Below the pieces are notes generated by a model. It saw nothing but the letters and a program-made list of their open reading frames with translations, was not told where the DNA came from and did not search any database. Shown piece by piece: positions 8,870-17,996 of a stretch of DNA of 64,000 nucleotides; position 1 is the stretch's first letter, and every line of letters starts with the position of its first letter. This stretch comes from a virus (taxonomy: Duplodnaviria; Heunggongvirae; Uroviricota; Caudoviricetes): positions 189,430-253,429 of the IMG/VR virus record IMGVR_UViG_3300029305_004950, one strand, 5' to 3'. Made by a program: the position numbers and the translations under genes.

Positions 8870-10750
8870 TTAGTCAGAATTATTATCAGGATTTTTTATA
8901 TATGTATATACATAATTTCCACAATCCCAAATTCTATAATAATCTGTTTTATCCATAATTTCTTTTTCTGTTAAATTTTCATCATAATACTCTGGAAACA
9001 GTTTTTCTAATTTATGTTTTTGGAATTTAACTCTATTCTCTCTATTTGTAAAATTAGTATAAAAATAGCTAGGTTTACTTATATCATCTAATTTAAATCC
9101 AGTATTCTCGTATAGTCCACCTATAGACCATCTTCTATCAGCATATGTTATAATGCTATTCCATTCATAGTTTTCTTTAAAATACTTAAATAATTTATCA
9201 AATGCACCATATACTTGATATTCTATATCTATAGCAAATCTAGATAATTCATAATCATGATTCTTATTAAATCTAGGTTTACAAAATGTCATAACCGCTA
9301 CTAGTCTATGTTCTTCTTCATTAATAGGATACCATAAACCAAGTTTTATGTTAGCTTTATCTTCACCTTGAATGTGATTTTCATTAAGAAATTGATTCTT
9401 AGTAGTTGAGTCTAGTTCTTCTATATAACATTTACTAGCTCTAATTTTAGTATTGTTATTACAACCAAGAATATGTTTTATCTTAGATTTTACTATATTC
9501 TGTTTGAAATTCCATTCATCTTCAAAGATATGAATTAAACGAATATTCTGTAAACGACAGTTTACAGTTTTATTAAGATGATAATCCTTATCAGATATAT
9601 TCTTTTCACAATGCCAATATAATCCATCAAATTCTATAGCCAAGTTTCTATCTGGAATATAGATATCTAATTCTTTACCATTTAGAATAGTTCTGTTGTT
9701 TTCAGTTATTTCACCATTATAAATGGATTTAATAAAATCCATGATTTCTTTTTCACCATTACTATAACCTTTAATAAGAGAACAATCAGCACATCTACTC
9801 TTTTTTGATGTAAAATGATGAGGTAATACTTCATACTCATTTCCACAAGTATTATGTCTCATTTTTATTTTTACATTAGAGTTTATATACTTTCCTATAA
9901 CAGTATATTCATCTCCAACTTGATCAAAAACCTGTTTTTCAAATTCTTCTTGAGTTAAGGTTGCATCTTTTATTCTACAATCTTTACATCTAGTACCTTG
10001 TTTAAAACAATGAGGAGTTATATATAGATCATCTTTACCACAGATATTGTGTTTCATTCTTACTTTAGTATCAGCATTTACATATTCACCTATAACAGTA
10101 TATTCATCTCCAACTAAATCAAATACTTCTTTCTTATATCTTTCAGTTGTATATGATGAACATATTTTACATCTAACTCCACCTGTAGTAAAAGCATGAG
10201 GTGTAGTTTCATATGTCTGACCACATACTGAATGAAACATCGTTATAGTTTTATTATCTTTAATAAAAGGTGTAGTTGGAATATATTCATCACCGACTAA
10301 ATCAAATACTTTTTTTCTAAATTTTTCATCCTTTTCTTTTTGTAAACATATTTTACATCTGTTTTTTCCTTTTTTAAAACTAGCAGGAATTATTGGATAA
10401 ATTGTACCACATACATTATGTTTTACATCTATATCAGTATTGTTATTTTTGTAAATACCTAATACAGTATACTCATTACCTACTAAATCATAAACTTCTT
10501 TTTTAAATTTTTCTGTAGTACTTTTAAGATTTCCATTACATTTAGGACATCTAGTACCTTTTTTATTTTCTCTATCTTTAAAATGACAAGGTGTTACATA
10601 CCAGTCATCTTTACCACATACATTATGTTTCATTCTAATTTTTGTTTTATCATTTACATATTCACCTATAACAGTATACTCATCACCTACTAAATCATAG
10701 ACAATTTTCTTATATTCTTCAGTATTGGATTTGGGCCACATATATTTCAC
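8870..10750 (-). CDS. Free-standing homing-endonuclease-like protein: 5 Zn-finger repeats, Vsr/PD-(D/E)XK nuclease, GNAT/Mom-like C-terminal domain
   Basis: Repeats DLVGDEY...HNxCG...RCxxC; ELDIYIPDRNLAIEFDGLYWH; LSRFA...YADRRWSIGGLY. Confidence 0.75.
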   Translation of the reverse strand: MKYMWPKSNTEEYKKIVYDLVGDEYTVIGEYVNDKTKIRMKHNVCGKDDWYVTPCHFKDRENKKGTRCPKCNGNLKSTTEKFKKEVYDLVGNEYTVLGIYKNNNTDIDVKHNVCGTIYPIIPASFKKGKNRCKICLQKEKDEKFRKKVFDLVGDEYIPTTPFIKDNKTITMFHSVCGQTYETTPHAFTTGGVRCKICSSYTTERYKKEVFDLVGDEYTVIGEYVNADTKVRMKHNICGKDDLYITPHCFKQGTRCKDCRIKDATLTQEEFEKQVFDQVGDEYTVIGKYINSNVKIKMRHNTCGNEYEVLPHHFTSKKSRCADCSLIKGYSNGEKEIMDFIKSIYNGEITENNRTILNGKELDIYIPDRNLAIEFDGLYWHCEKNISDKDYHLNKTVNCRLQNIRLIHIFEDEWNFKQNIVKSKIKHILGCNNNTKIRASKCYIEELDSTTKNQFLNENHIQGEDKANIKLGLWYPINEEEHRLVAVMTFCKPRFNKNHDYELSRFAIDIEYQVYGAFDKLFKYFKENYEWNSIITYADRRWSIGGLYENTGFKLDDISKPSYFYTNFTNRENRVKFQKHKLEKLFPEYYDENLTEKEIMDKTDYYRIWDCGNYVYTYIKNPDNNSD

Positions 10751-10778
10751 TCCTTTAACTCGGTACGTTTAAATACTT

Positions 10779-10790
10779 TATAGTATTGTT
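10779..10790 (-). promoter_or_regulatory. Putative late promoter AACA-N6-TA
   Basis: AACA ATACTA TA on the minus strand upstream of 10750. Confidence 0.55.
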
Positions 10791-10812
10791 CCGTAAAAAT
10801 TAAAAGAATAAA

Positions 10813-10844
10813 TAAGAGGTATACTCAATTGAGTATACCTCTTA
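10813..10844 (-). terminator. Intrinsic terminator after HU
   Basis: Perfect 32-bp palindrome TAAGAGGTATACTCAATTGAGTATACCTCTTA. Confidence 0.75.
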
Positions 10845-10863
10845 GATTTTTAATGAAATAGGA

Positions 10864-11154
10864 TTAAGCGTTTAGATCCTTCTTTAGCTGTGCGCCAGAA
10901 GTGAAGGAAGGCTGCTTACGTGCAGGGATTAGAATCTTTTCAGCAGGGTTCTTAGGATTATGGCCTTCACGAGCTGCTACTTCACGTGCCTTAAAAGTAC
11001 CGAAACCAGTAATCTGGACAATACCATCTTCACGTAGACCAGCAGTGATTAGGTCTAGAATAGTGTTAACAACAGTGTTAGCCTCATTCTGAGTTAGCTT
11101 AACGTTTTCCATAGGAGTCTTAGCGAGTGCCTTTACTAGATCAGTCTTAGTCAT
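10864..11154 (-). CDS. hup: HU-family histone-like DNA-binding protein
   Basis: MTKTDLV...VQITGFGTF...AAREGHNP...IPARKQPSFTSG.QLK; strong codon bias. Confidence 0.93.
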   Translation of the reverse strand: MTKTDLVKALAKTPMENVKLTQNEANTVVNTILDLITAGLREDGIVQITGFGTFKAREVAAREGHNPKNPAEKILIPARKQPSFTSGAQLKKDLNA

Positions 11155-11260
11155 AATTTATATACCATCCTTTTTTTAGTTTTTAATAAATTTTTTAACA
11201 TTTATTTATAAAAATTAGTTTTTAGATTTTTTATATGAAAAAACTAATTTCTATATGTAT

Positions 11261-11272
11261 TATAAATATGTT
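11261..11272 (-). promoter_or_regulatory. Putative late promoter AACA-N6-TA for HU
   Basis: AACA TATTTA TA on the minus strand. Confidence 0.5.
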
Positions 11273-11389
11273 ATTAGCTTTTATTTCTTTTTTATGTAAA
11301 AATTGTATTTTTATCTTAATTTTGAAATATATATAATAAAAGAAGTTAGAAGTAATACATCATATTTTAAGAAAGGAAATGTTAAGAAT

Positions 11390-12856
11390 ATGTATAATCT
11401 ATTACAGAACTATTCAGATGCTAATCCAGAAAGATTTAATGAAGATTTGATCTATTTGAAAGAACATGATACTGTATTAACTCATATCAATTCTATTTTT
11501 AAAGCACTTGAAGTAGTTAATGGAGTAGAATTTCTAGGTTCTACTATTAATGAGGATGAATCTAGTTTTCCTGATTATATCAAACATGAAAAACATCAGG
11601 TAAACATTGCTGAATCTAGACATGTATTGATTGATTTCAAATTCAAGATTTCTGATAGTAAAACTGGTGAAGAAGAAATCATTGAAAAGAGTCTATTCTT
11701 TCCAAAACTAATTGATAAGACTTATTTCATTCTAAATGGTTCTAAGTTCTTCCCTATTTATCAGATTATTGATAGTGCTACTTATAATAACAATGGTAGT
11801 CTAACATTAAAAACTCTACTAATGGGTGTTACTATTCGTACTAAGGACATTGAGTTCTATGATATGATGGGTAATAAATATGATGGAAATATCAAAGTAA
11901 TAGATTTGTTTAAGAATAAGCTGAATTACTTACTATATTTCTTTGTAGATAGAGGCTATACTAAAACTATTGAGTATTTCTTAGGTAAAGAAAATACTAA
12001 GAAAATTCATTTAGTTCTAGATGAAAGTAAGGAATATAAGAAGTTAGTAAATAGTGATAATAGTTATGTAATGTTTAATCTAAAAAATGAAACTATTCTA
12101 GCTATTGAAGAAAACCTATTTGAAAGATATTTCAAATTCTTCACTAATGTAATTGAGATTCTTAGTGGAAATGAAATGTTCCAGATTATGGATCAAGATT
12201 TCTGGAAACTAGAAATGGGTAAAGTATTTAGTAGAAATAAGAATAACTATGAAAGTAAGGCTAATGATATCTTAATCTCATTTAGACGTATTCTAGATAA
12301 TTCTACTCAAAGTACATTAAGACTGAAGGAAGAGAATAAGGAAGATATCTTTGCTATCATTAGATGGATGGTAAGAAACTATGAAACTTTGATCTATCAG
12401 GATAACATGGATCTACGTTATAAAAGAATTAGAATCAATGAATACTTACTTTATGATTTGCTAATTAAGATGTCTAATGCAACTTATCGTCTATTAAATA
12501 AAGCAGAAATTACAATGAAAGATAGACAGCAGTTGTTTAGTACATTAACACCTATGTATGTATTAAAGAAGATTGGTAGTAATGAATTGCTAAGATATTT
12601 CGGTGGTGTAAATGCTATTGAACTTTTCAATCCTAGCCTTAAATTCTCTCAAAGAGGTTTCCAAGGTCTAGGTGAAGGTAGTAGAGATGTTAATAAATCC
12701 TATAGAGGTCTGCACTATTCATATCCTGGAAGAATAGGTCTAACTAGTAGCTCAGCTGGTGATCCTGGCATGAGCGGAACCTTCACTCCATTCTTACAGA
12801 ATTGTGGTTTCTATTTCTCAGATGAAATGTTAGATACTAACGAACAAGATTTTTAA
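11390..12856 (+). CDS. Phage RNA polymerase beta subunit, N-terminal half (AR9 non-virion RNAP-like)
   Basis: FILNGSKFFPIYQIID and YRGLHYSYPGRIGLTSSSAGDPGMSGTFTP (beta fork region). Start moved to ATG 11390 behind GAAAGGA. Confidence 0.85.
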   Translation: MYNLLQNYSDANPERFNEDLIYLKEHDTVLTHINSIFKALEVVNGVEFLGSTINEDESSFPDYIKHEKHQVNIAESRHVLIDFKFKISDSKTGEEEIIEKSLFFPKLIDKTYFILNGSKFFPIYQIIDSATYNNNGSLTLKTLLMGVTIRTKDIEFYDMMGNKYDGNIKVIDLFKNKLNYLLYFFVDRGYTKTIEYFLGKENTKKIHLVLDESKEYKKLVNSDNSYVMFNLKNETILAIEENLFERYFKFFTNVIEILSGNEMFQIMDQDFWKLEMGKVFSRNKNNYESKANDILISFRRILDNSTQSTLRLKEENKEDIFAIIRWMVRNYETLIYQDNMDLRYKRIRINEYLLYDLLIKMSNATYRLLNKAEITMKDRQQLFSTLTPMYVLKKIGSNELLRYFGGVNAIELFNPSLKFSQRGFQGLGEGSRDVNKSYRGLHYSYPGRIGLTSSSAGDPGMSGTFTPFLQNCGFYFSDEMLDTNEQDF

Positions 12857-12941
12857 ATAGTAGTAAAGCGTATTAAATCATACTATAGCTATATATTTTA
12901 GTTATAGTATGATTCTCATAATGAAGGGAATTTATAAAAAA

Positions 12942-13172
12942 ATGAGTTTATTCGATGATTACATGATAAATGCACAATTTAGTAAAGATTTTCCATTTGG
13001 AGTACCTTGTGATACATGGGTAACTAGAGATGGAGTAAAAATAAAACTAAAAGATATGACAATATCTCATATAAAAAATTGTATGAAAATAGTTGGTGAA
13101 GATGATCCTTGGTATCCATACTTTCAAGAAGAGCTAAATAAGAGGAAAAAGAGGAGATTTAGAACTAAATGA
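12942..13172 (+). CDS. Hypothetical phage protein
   Basis: W.TRDG..I.LKDM..SHI.N motif common in phage proteins; start moved to 12942. Confidence 0.6.
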   Translation: MSLFDDYMINAQFSKDFPFGVPCDTWVTRDGVKIKLKDMTISHIKNCMKIVGEDDPWYPYFQEELNKRKKRRFRTK

Positions 13173-13651
13173 AACGAAAAAACTATATTTCATGGGATGA
13201 GTACTTTATGGGAGTTGCTTTATTAGCAGCTAAACGTAGTAAAGATCCAGATAGACAAGTTGGAGCTTGTATTGTAAAGAATAAGAAAATTCTAGCTACT
13301 GGTTATAATGGATTTCCTTGGGGTTGTTCTGATAATGTATTTCCTTGGATGAAGAATCAAAAAAATCCATTAGATAATAAGCAGATGTATGTAGTTCATG
13401 CTGAATTAAATGCTATTTTAAATAGTGGTAGTTCAGATTTAACTGGTAGTACTATCTATGTAGATTTATTTCCATGTAATGAATGTGCTAAAGCAATTAT
13501 TCAAGCTGGAATTAAAGAAGTTGTATATATGAGTGATGAAGATTCAAATAAAGCTACCTATATTGCATCTAGAAATATGTTAAGAATTGCTGGTGTCAAA
13601 ATTAGAAAATTTGGAAATATTGATTTTATCAAAAGATTAAAAGAGGTGTAA
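13169..13651 (+). CDS. dCMP deaminase
   Basis: SWDEYFMGVA, RSKDP, VHAELNAI and FPCNECAKAIIQAGI Zn-deaminase motifs. Confidence 0.93.
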   Translation: MKRKNYISWDEYFMGVALLAAKRSKDPDRQVGACIVKNKKILATGYNGFPWGCSDNVFPWMKNQKNPLDNKQMYVVHAELNAILNSGSSDLTGSTIYVDLFPCNECAKAIIQAGIKEVVYMSDEDSNKATYIASRNMLRIAGVKIRKFGNIDFIKRLKEV

Positions 13652-13655
13652 TCTA

Positions 13656-14003
13656 ATGATTAAAGTAGGAACTCTTAAGAGACTAAATAAGCGTATTGAT
13701 GAGATCGTTGAAACATTTGGTTATGAGGTTTTTGAAGATGCTAAAGCACAAGTAAAAAATCTAGATTACTACTATGGTAAAGATAGAGATATCGATAATG
13801 ATGATGGTGGTTATCTAGTATTTTTAGAAGATCTAACTGATTACAATGAGAATATTGGAAATATCAGTTATGTAATTCAGAATAATTGTTATGAAAATTT
13901 CAAAGAATTTGATGATGGTTTTGTAAGAGTTGACTACATGGTAAATAATGAAACTATGATTTCTGTTTATATGCTGAGTTACTTGTTTCATAAAAAAGAA
14001 TAA
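13656..14003 (+). CDS. Hypothetical protein
   Basis: 115-aa ORF with GAGGTG RBS. Confidence 0.7.
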   Translation: MIKVGTLKRLNKRIDEIVETFGYEVFEDAKAQVKNLDYYYGKDRDIDNDDGGYLVFLEDLTDYNENIGNISYVIQNNCYENFKEFDDGFVRVDYMVNNETMISVYMLSYLFHKKE

Positions 14004-14015
14004 TGGAGGAAAACA

Positions 14016-14420
14016 ATGAATGTTCTATTAAGGAAAATTGATATTAGATCAGATAATGAAATAAACATCCTTAATGAAACTATAGAAACTACTTTCTTTG
14101 GTAGAACTAAAAAAGTAGAAACCATAACTAAAGAAAAGGCAGTATATTCTTACTGGATAGAATTTCATATTGATCAAGGTAGATTCTATTATGGTGAGAC
14201 TAAACCAGTACTAGTACCAAATAGAAAAGATGTATATGTATATCAAACTAGTACTAGTCATACTAAGAGAGGATTGGATAAGAGTTTAGAGATTATAACT
14301 GAGATTAAACAAAGAACTGAACTAATCCATCCTAATTGGGAAATTGAATTACATCAGATTTCAAATATGCCATTCTATAGACAATTTGACAGAGAAAAGA
14401 ATCTATCAGATTACTACTAA
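14016..14420 (+). CDS. Hypothetical protein
   Basis: 134-aa ORF with GGAGGA RBS. Confidence 0.7.
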   Translation: MNVLLRKIDIRSDNEINILNETIETTFFGRTKKVETITKEKAVYSYWIEFHIDQGRFYYGETKPVLVPNRKDVYVYQTSTSHTKRGLDKSLEIITEIKQRTELIHPNWEIELHQISNMPFYRQFDREKNLSDYY

Positions 14421-14429
14421 AATAGAAGT

Positions 14430-15130
14430 TTTTAATCACGTAGGCGAATAGTATCAAAGGTACACAATGAATCAGATGTATTTAAAGTAACATGTTGGTA
14501 TAATGAATCATATAATCCTATAGTATCATCCTCTCATAATGAATTAAACGTATTAAAAAGTAACAGAGGAAATTAATGAATCAATACTACAAAAAAGTAA
14601 CAGTTTATTCTAATGAATCAGTGTAGACGATAGTAACAATGCTAATTAATGAATCAGATGTATTAAAAGTATCACATGGTTATAATGAATCAATATAGTG
14701 AATTAAGTATCAGTAGCCAGAAATGAACTATGTAGTGCAATAGTAACAATTGGAAATAGTGAATCATACTATAGATAGTATCATAGAAATGTAATGAATC
14801 ACTGAATCTAATTTTTAGTAACAAGACTTACTAATGAATCATAGGAGGTCTTAAAGTATCAAAGATATGTAATGAATCAACTTGAATTGATAGTATCATT
14901 GAATGGGAATGAATCATAGCTTTGAATAGTATCAAATATATGTAATGAATCACTGAATCCCTAACCTGTATCAAGGGGATGAAATGAATCACAAAAACTG
15001 ATAGTAACACATAAAATCAATGAATCATATAGTGTAATAGTATCACACTTGCTAATGAATCAATGATTTTAACAGTATCATATGCGGCTAATGAATCATG
15101 TCTGTGATTAGTACCATATATCTTTAATGT
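14430..15130 (+). ncRNA. TIGR-type dual-repeat guide RNA array 2 (19 units, no adjacent tas gene)
   Basis: Same AATGAATCA and ATAGTA(T/A)CA repeats with 9-nt spacers and about 36-nt period as array 1. Confidence 0.88.
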
Positions 15131-15138
15131 AAAACAAA

Positions 15139-15186
15139 GATTGGATAAAGACTTTAGTTAGTCTTTATCCAATCATTTTTTTTTTT
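15139..15186. terminator. Bidirectional terminator closing array 2
   Basis: Stem GATTGGATAAAGAC/GTCTTTATCCAATC followed by a T run. Confidence 0.85.
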
Positions 15187-15865
15187 AGTTCATTTTGATA
15201 GCAATACCAAGTTCAGGGAATCTAGCTTCCATTAAAACTTTACCATTGCTATATCTTTCTTCTTTATTCCATTCTTCCTTTAAGAACTTTAAGCCACGAA
15301 TAATCTGCTTAGTAACTTCTCTTAAATCAGAAGATTCTCTAACAGGAACACAGAAAGATTTAGGATTATAAGATAGAATCTTTAAAGGTTCACAGTTAAT
15401 TCTTAATCCATTTTCATCATAAGCAACTGCTTCATTGATCATTAGATAATGGTTATGATACTCAGTATCTAAAACTACTTGTTTAGTTTTACTAGGTAGA
15501 TTGAAATCAATAGATTCAAAGTAAGCCTGAATATCTAAATCAGTATTATCTAAAGTAGTATCGAAGTTAAAACTACTTTCATTGATAACCTTACGCTTAT
15601 AGACTAGATTCATTTCATTTAAACGCTTATCCCAGAATTCATCAGTGGATTCTTGAGTCAGATTTTCAATGGAAATAGTTTCATTCCATTTAGTGAAATA
15701 GTTAGATACTAGAACCTTACCTAGATCAGTAAAATCTTCAGTATACATTTTGGAATTAATACCAAAAGTCTCTAGATTTTCAATACCAGTATCAGTTAGT
15801 AAGTTTTTACCTTCACACCAAGTATAAAATCTTTCTAATATGTTACAAGAATGATTCTTATTCAT
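15185..15865 (-). CDS. Hypothetical virion (head) protein
   Basis: In a late operon; carries INE/S and INE/A putative protease sites. Confidence 0.5.
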   Translation of the reverse strand: MNKNHSCNILERFYTWCEGKNLLTDTGIENLETFGINSKMYTEDFTDLGKVLVSNYFTKWNETISIENLTQESTDEFWDKRLNEMNLVYKRKVINESSFNFDTTLDNTDLDIQAYFESIDFNLPSKTKQVVLDTEYHNHYLMINEAVAYDENGLRINCEPLKILSYNPKSFCVPVRESSDLREVTKQIIRGLKFLKEEWNKEERYSNGKVLMEARFPELGIAIKMN

Positions 15866-15940
15866 AACTTCTTACTTGCACTTCCTCTCTTTTAAAGATA
15901 CATTTTCATATTACATTTATCTATTTGTTCTTTTAAATCT

Positions 15941-16633
15941 TTATCCTACAAAGATTTTTCTATGTCTACTAGATTTATTGAAGTTTCCTCTCCATTTTTC
16001 TAGTAATTGTTTCTTGTCTTCAAATGCTGAATCAAGTCTATCCATGAATAACTCTAAGTTACCAAATGTAGTATTGATAGTAGCAAAACGTTGTCTAATA
16101 GGATAAAGAGCTATACGTACATCATATAAAGCGCATTCTAAAAACTCATTTCGATATCCTAAAGGAATAGTAGCTAAATGATCAGGATGAATAGTTTTTA
16201 CTTCTACAGTAAACTTACCTAATAGTTGAGTTTTAGGATATACTGAAACTATGTTAGGTGCTTCATAAGCAAATGTAATAGGTTGTAAGAACATAGAAGC
16301 AATATCAGCTGTCATTTGTCTATTAACAGGATCACTATCATAGTATGCTAAAGGTAAACCAGAATTACCCATGTAATTCTCTGCTAATACTTTAGAAACA
16401 CCAAGAATTTCTTTATCAGTTTTTAGATAAAAAGTATTAAAACGATTAGGTACTTTGTCTTCAGCTGGAGTAATAGTTAGTAATTCATAATGAGGATAGT
16501 AAATACTGAAAGTAGGAACTGTCTGAGTTCTTACTACATCCATTATCTCATTAGCATCTAATTCTAATACTTGTAAACTAGCACCTAGATTTAGTTCTAT
16601 ATATTGCAATACATCAGTAGGATTCATTGCCAT
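15941..16633 (-). CDS. Putative neck/head-completion protein (T4 gp13-like)
   Basis: N-terminal IELNLGASLQVLELDANEIMD resembles the gp13 LG.P.INVEL..QI motif. Confidence 0.55.
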   Translation of the reverse strand: MAMNPTDVLQYIELNLGASLQVLELDANEIMDVVRTQTVPTFSIYYPHYELLTITPAEDKVPNRFNTFYLKTDKEILGVSKVLAENYMGNSGLPLAYYDSDPVNRQMTADIASMFLQPITFAYEAPNIVSVYPKTQLLGKFTVEVKTIHPDHLATIPLGYRNEFLECALYDVRIALYPIRQRFATINTTFGNLELFMDRLDSAFEDKKQLLEKWRGNFNKSSRHRKIFVG

Positions 16634-16661
16634 AATGTATTAGTCACCTACTTTCTGTTGA

Positions 16662-17300
16662 TTAGCCTTCGATATCTCTTTGAATACCAGTATCAATAAT
16701 CATATCGTTGTAATGAGAACCATTAGGAACTTTTAATTTACCTTGATTAGGATCAGCTAATACTCTTAAAGGATCATCATTATTGATTTCATCCTTTAGA
16801 TCTTTAGTAGTAGCATTACCTTGATTTTCAGGAGAAATTTCATAAGTATTGGAACTAAAGCCAGGAACTATAAAACTAACTTTGTTACTATCGTCCATAG
16901 TATCATCAAAAGCTTCAGACTTAATACCTAGTGCAAAGTTCTTGTAGTTATCTACATACGTATTACCAAATTCGATTAATCTAGTATCTTCAGAATAAGT
17001 CTTTAGTTCAAAGTAAACATCAGCTTTTTCTTTTTTTAGATAACGATTTACAGTTTCTTGTAAGAGTTTCATGTTATTGATAAATCTTACTTGTTCCATT
17101 TCATCTAAAGTATCTTCTATATCAATGGGATTTACATTTAAAGCAATACCTAAAAACTTACCATTATCTACAAACTGAACACTAGATTCAGTAAAGTAAG
17201 GTTTTAGATAAGAGTTCATCTTACTTCTCTGTAGGTCATGATTGATGTTTTTAGCTATACGTAAACCCATTTTCTTTAAATCTTCTTTATTATAAGACAT
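16662..17300 (-). CDS. Hypothetical virion protein
   Basis: 212-aa ORF under a late-type promoter; FTE/S putative cleavage site. Confidence 0.5.
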   Translation of the reverse strand: MSYNKEDLKKMGLRIAKNINHDLQRSKMNSYLKPYFTESSVQFVDNGKFLGIALNVNPIDIEDTLDEMEQVRFINNMKLLQETVNRYLKKEKADVYFELKTYSEDTRLIEFGNTYVDNYKNFALGIKSEAFDDTMDDSNKVSFIVPGFSSNTYEISPENQGNATTKDLKDEINNDDPLRVLADPNQGKLKVPNGSHYNDMIIDTGIQRDIEG

Positions 17301-17354
17301 ATATCATAAACACCTGCTTTCTTAAATTAGATGACTTTAAGGATTTTTACTTTA

Positions 17355-17366
17355 TAATGATATGTT
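17355..17366 (-). promoter_or_regulatory. Putative late promoter AACA-N6-TA
   Basis: AACA TATCAT TA, identical to 23145-23156. Confidence 0.65.
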
Positions 17367-17404
17367 TTTAACAAAAATACTATTTTTATAGAAATAGATA
17401 AAAA

Positions 17405-17439
17405 AATGAGATAAAGGGAGATTATCCCTTTATCTCATT
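17405..17439 (-). terminator. Intrinsic terminator
   Basis: 15-bp stem AATGAGATAAAGGGA/TCCCTTTATCTCATT. Confidence 0.8.
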
Positions 17440-17452
17440 AGAGTATTAAAGA

Positions 17453-17584
17453 TTAGACGTAGTCAACACCAGTAATTTCCTTGAACTGTTCTTTAGTAAT
17501 AACACCTTTACGAACAGCATTCTTTACCATAGGTAGGCTCCATAAGCCAGCATCAAAGTAATACTTAACTCTTTCAAAATTCAT
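17453..17584 (-). CDS. XkdX-family small tail-associated protein (absent from the ORF track)
   Basis: MNFERVKYYFDAGLWSLPMVKNAVRKGVITKEQFKEITGVDYV read by hand; GGAGG RBS. Confidence 0.8.
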   Translation of the reverse strand: MNFERVKYYFDAGLWSLPMVKNAVRKGVITKEQFKEITGVDYV

Positions 17585-17586
17585 AA

Positions 17587-17985
17587 TTACTGTACCTCCA
17601 CATCTTCTAGAGTCATCATATTCTGATATTCCATACTAGCAGCAATAGATGCTAGAGAAGTAGCAGTTAGTTCTTCATTAGTCATTTCTTCAGAAGGAGT
17701 ATTCTTAGCATCTTCAAAAGCTTCGATAACAGCTAGTTTTTCTTCAGGAGTAGTTGCATTAGAGAAATCAGCACCATCATTCTCATACTGCATTACCATC
17801 TGTCCTAGAGTACCAAAGAAACCACCATTGATTTCACCAGCAGAGCAAACAATAGTGATAGAGGGAACTGCTGCTACAGGGAATTCTTCAATCCACTGTT
17901 CAGCAGTGAATACTTTACCATTAGGAGTAATAATGGGATCTACTTTATTCCAAATTGCATATCTTTTTAGCATAGTTTTATTCAA
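17587..17985 (-). CDS. Putative tail fibre assembly/accessory protein
   Basis: Lies between a fibre gene and xkdX, the usual synteny. Confidence 0.5.
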   Translation of the reverse strand: MNKTMLKRYAIWNKVDPIITPNGKVFTAEQWIEEFPVAAVPSITIVCSAGEINGGFFGTLGQMVMQYENDGADFSNATTPEEKLAVIEAFEDAKNTPSEEMTNEELTATSLASIAASMEYQNMMTLEDVEVQ

Positions 17986-17996
17986 TCCTTTCTTTA

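Noticed and set aside
8870-10750. Nuclease partner of the Tas system
   Set aside because: It is convergent, separated by a terminator, has its own late promoter, and has a paralog elsewhere with no array; it behaves like an independent homing-type gene.
8292-15130. Arrays interpreted as CRISPR
   Set aside because: There are two alternating 9-nt repeats with 9-nt spacers, far below CRISPR sizes, and no cas genes; the layout fits TIGR.
17355-17366. B spacers ending in ATGT resembling the reverse complement of late promoters (ACATATCTT vs ACATATCAT)
   Set aside because: The paired A spacer does not match either flank. No complete 18-nt self-target was found by eye, although the search was not exhaustive.
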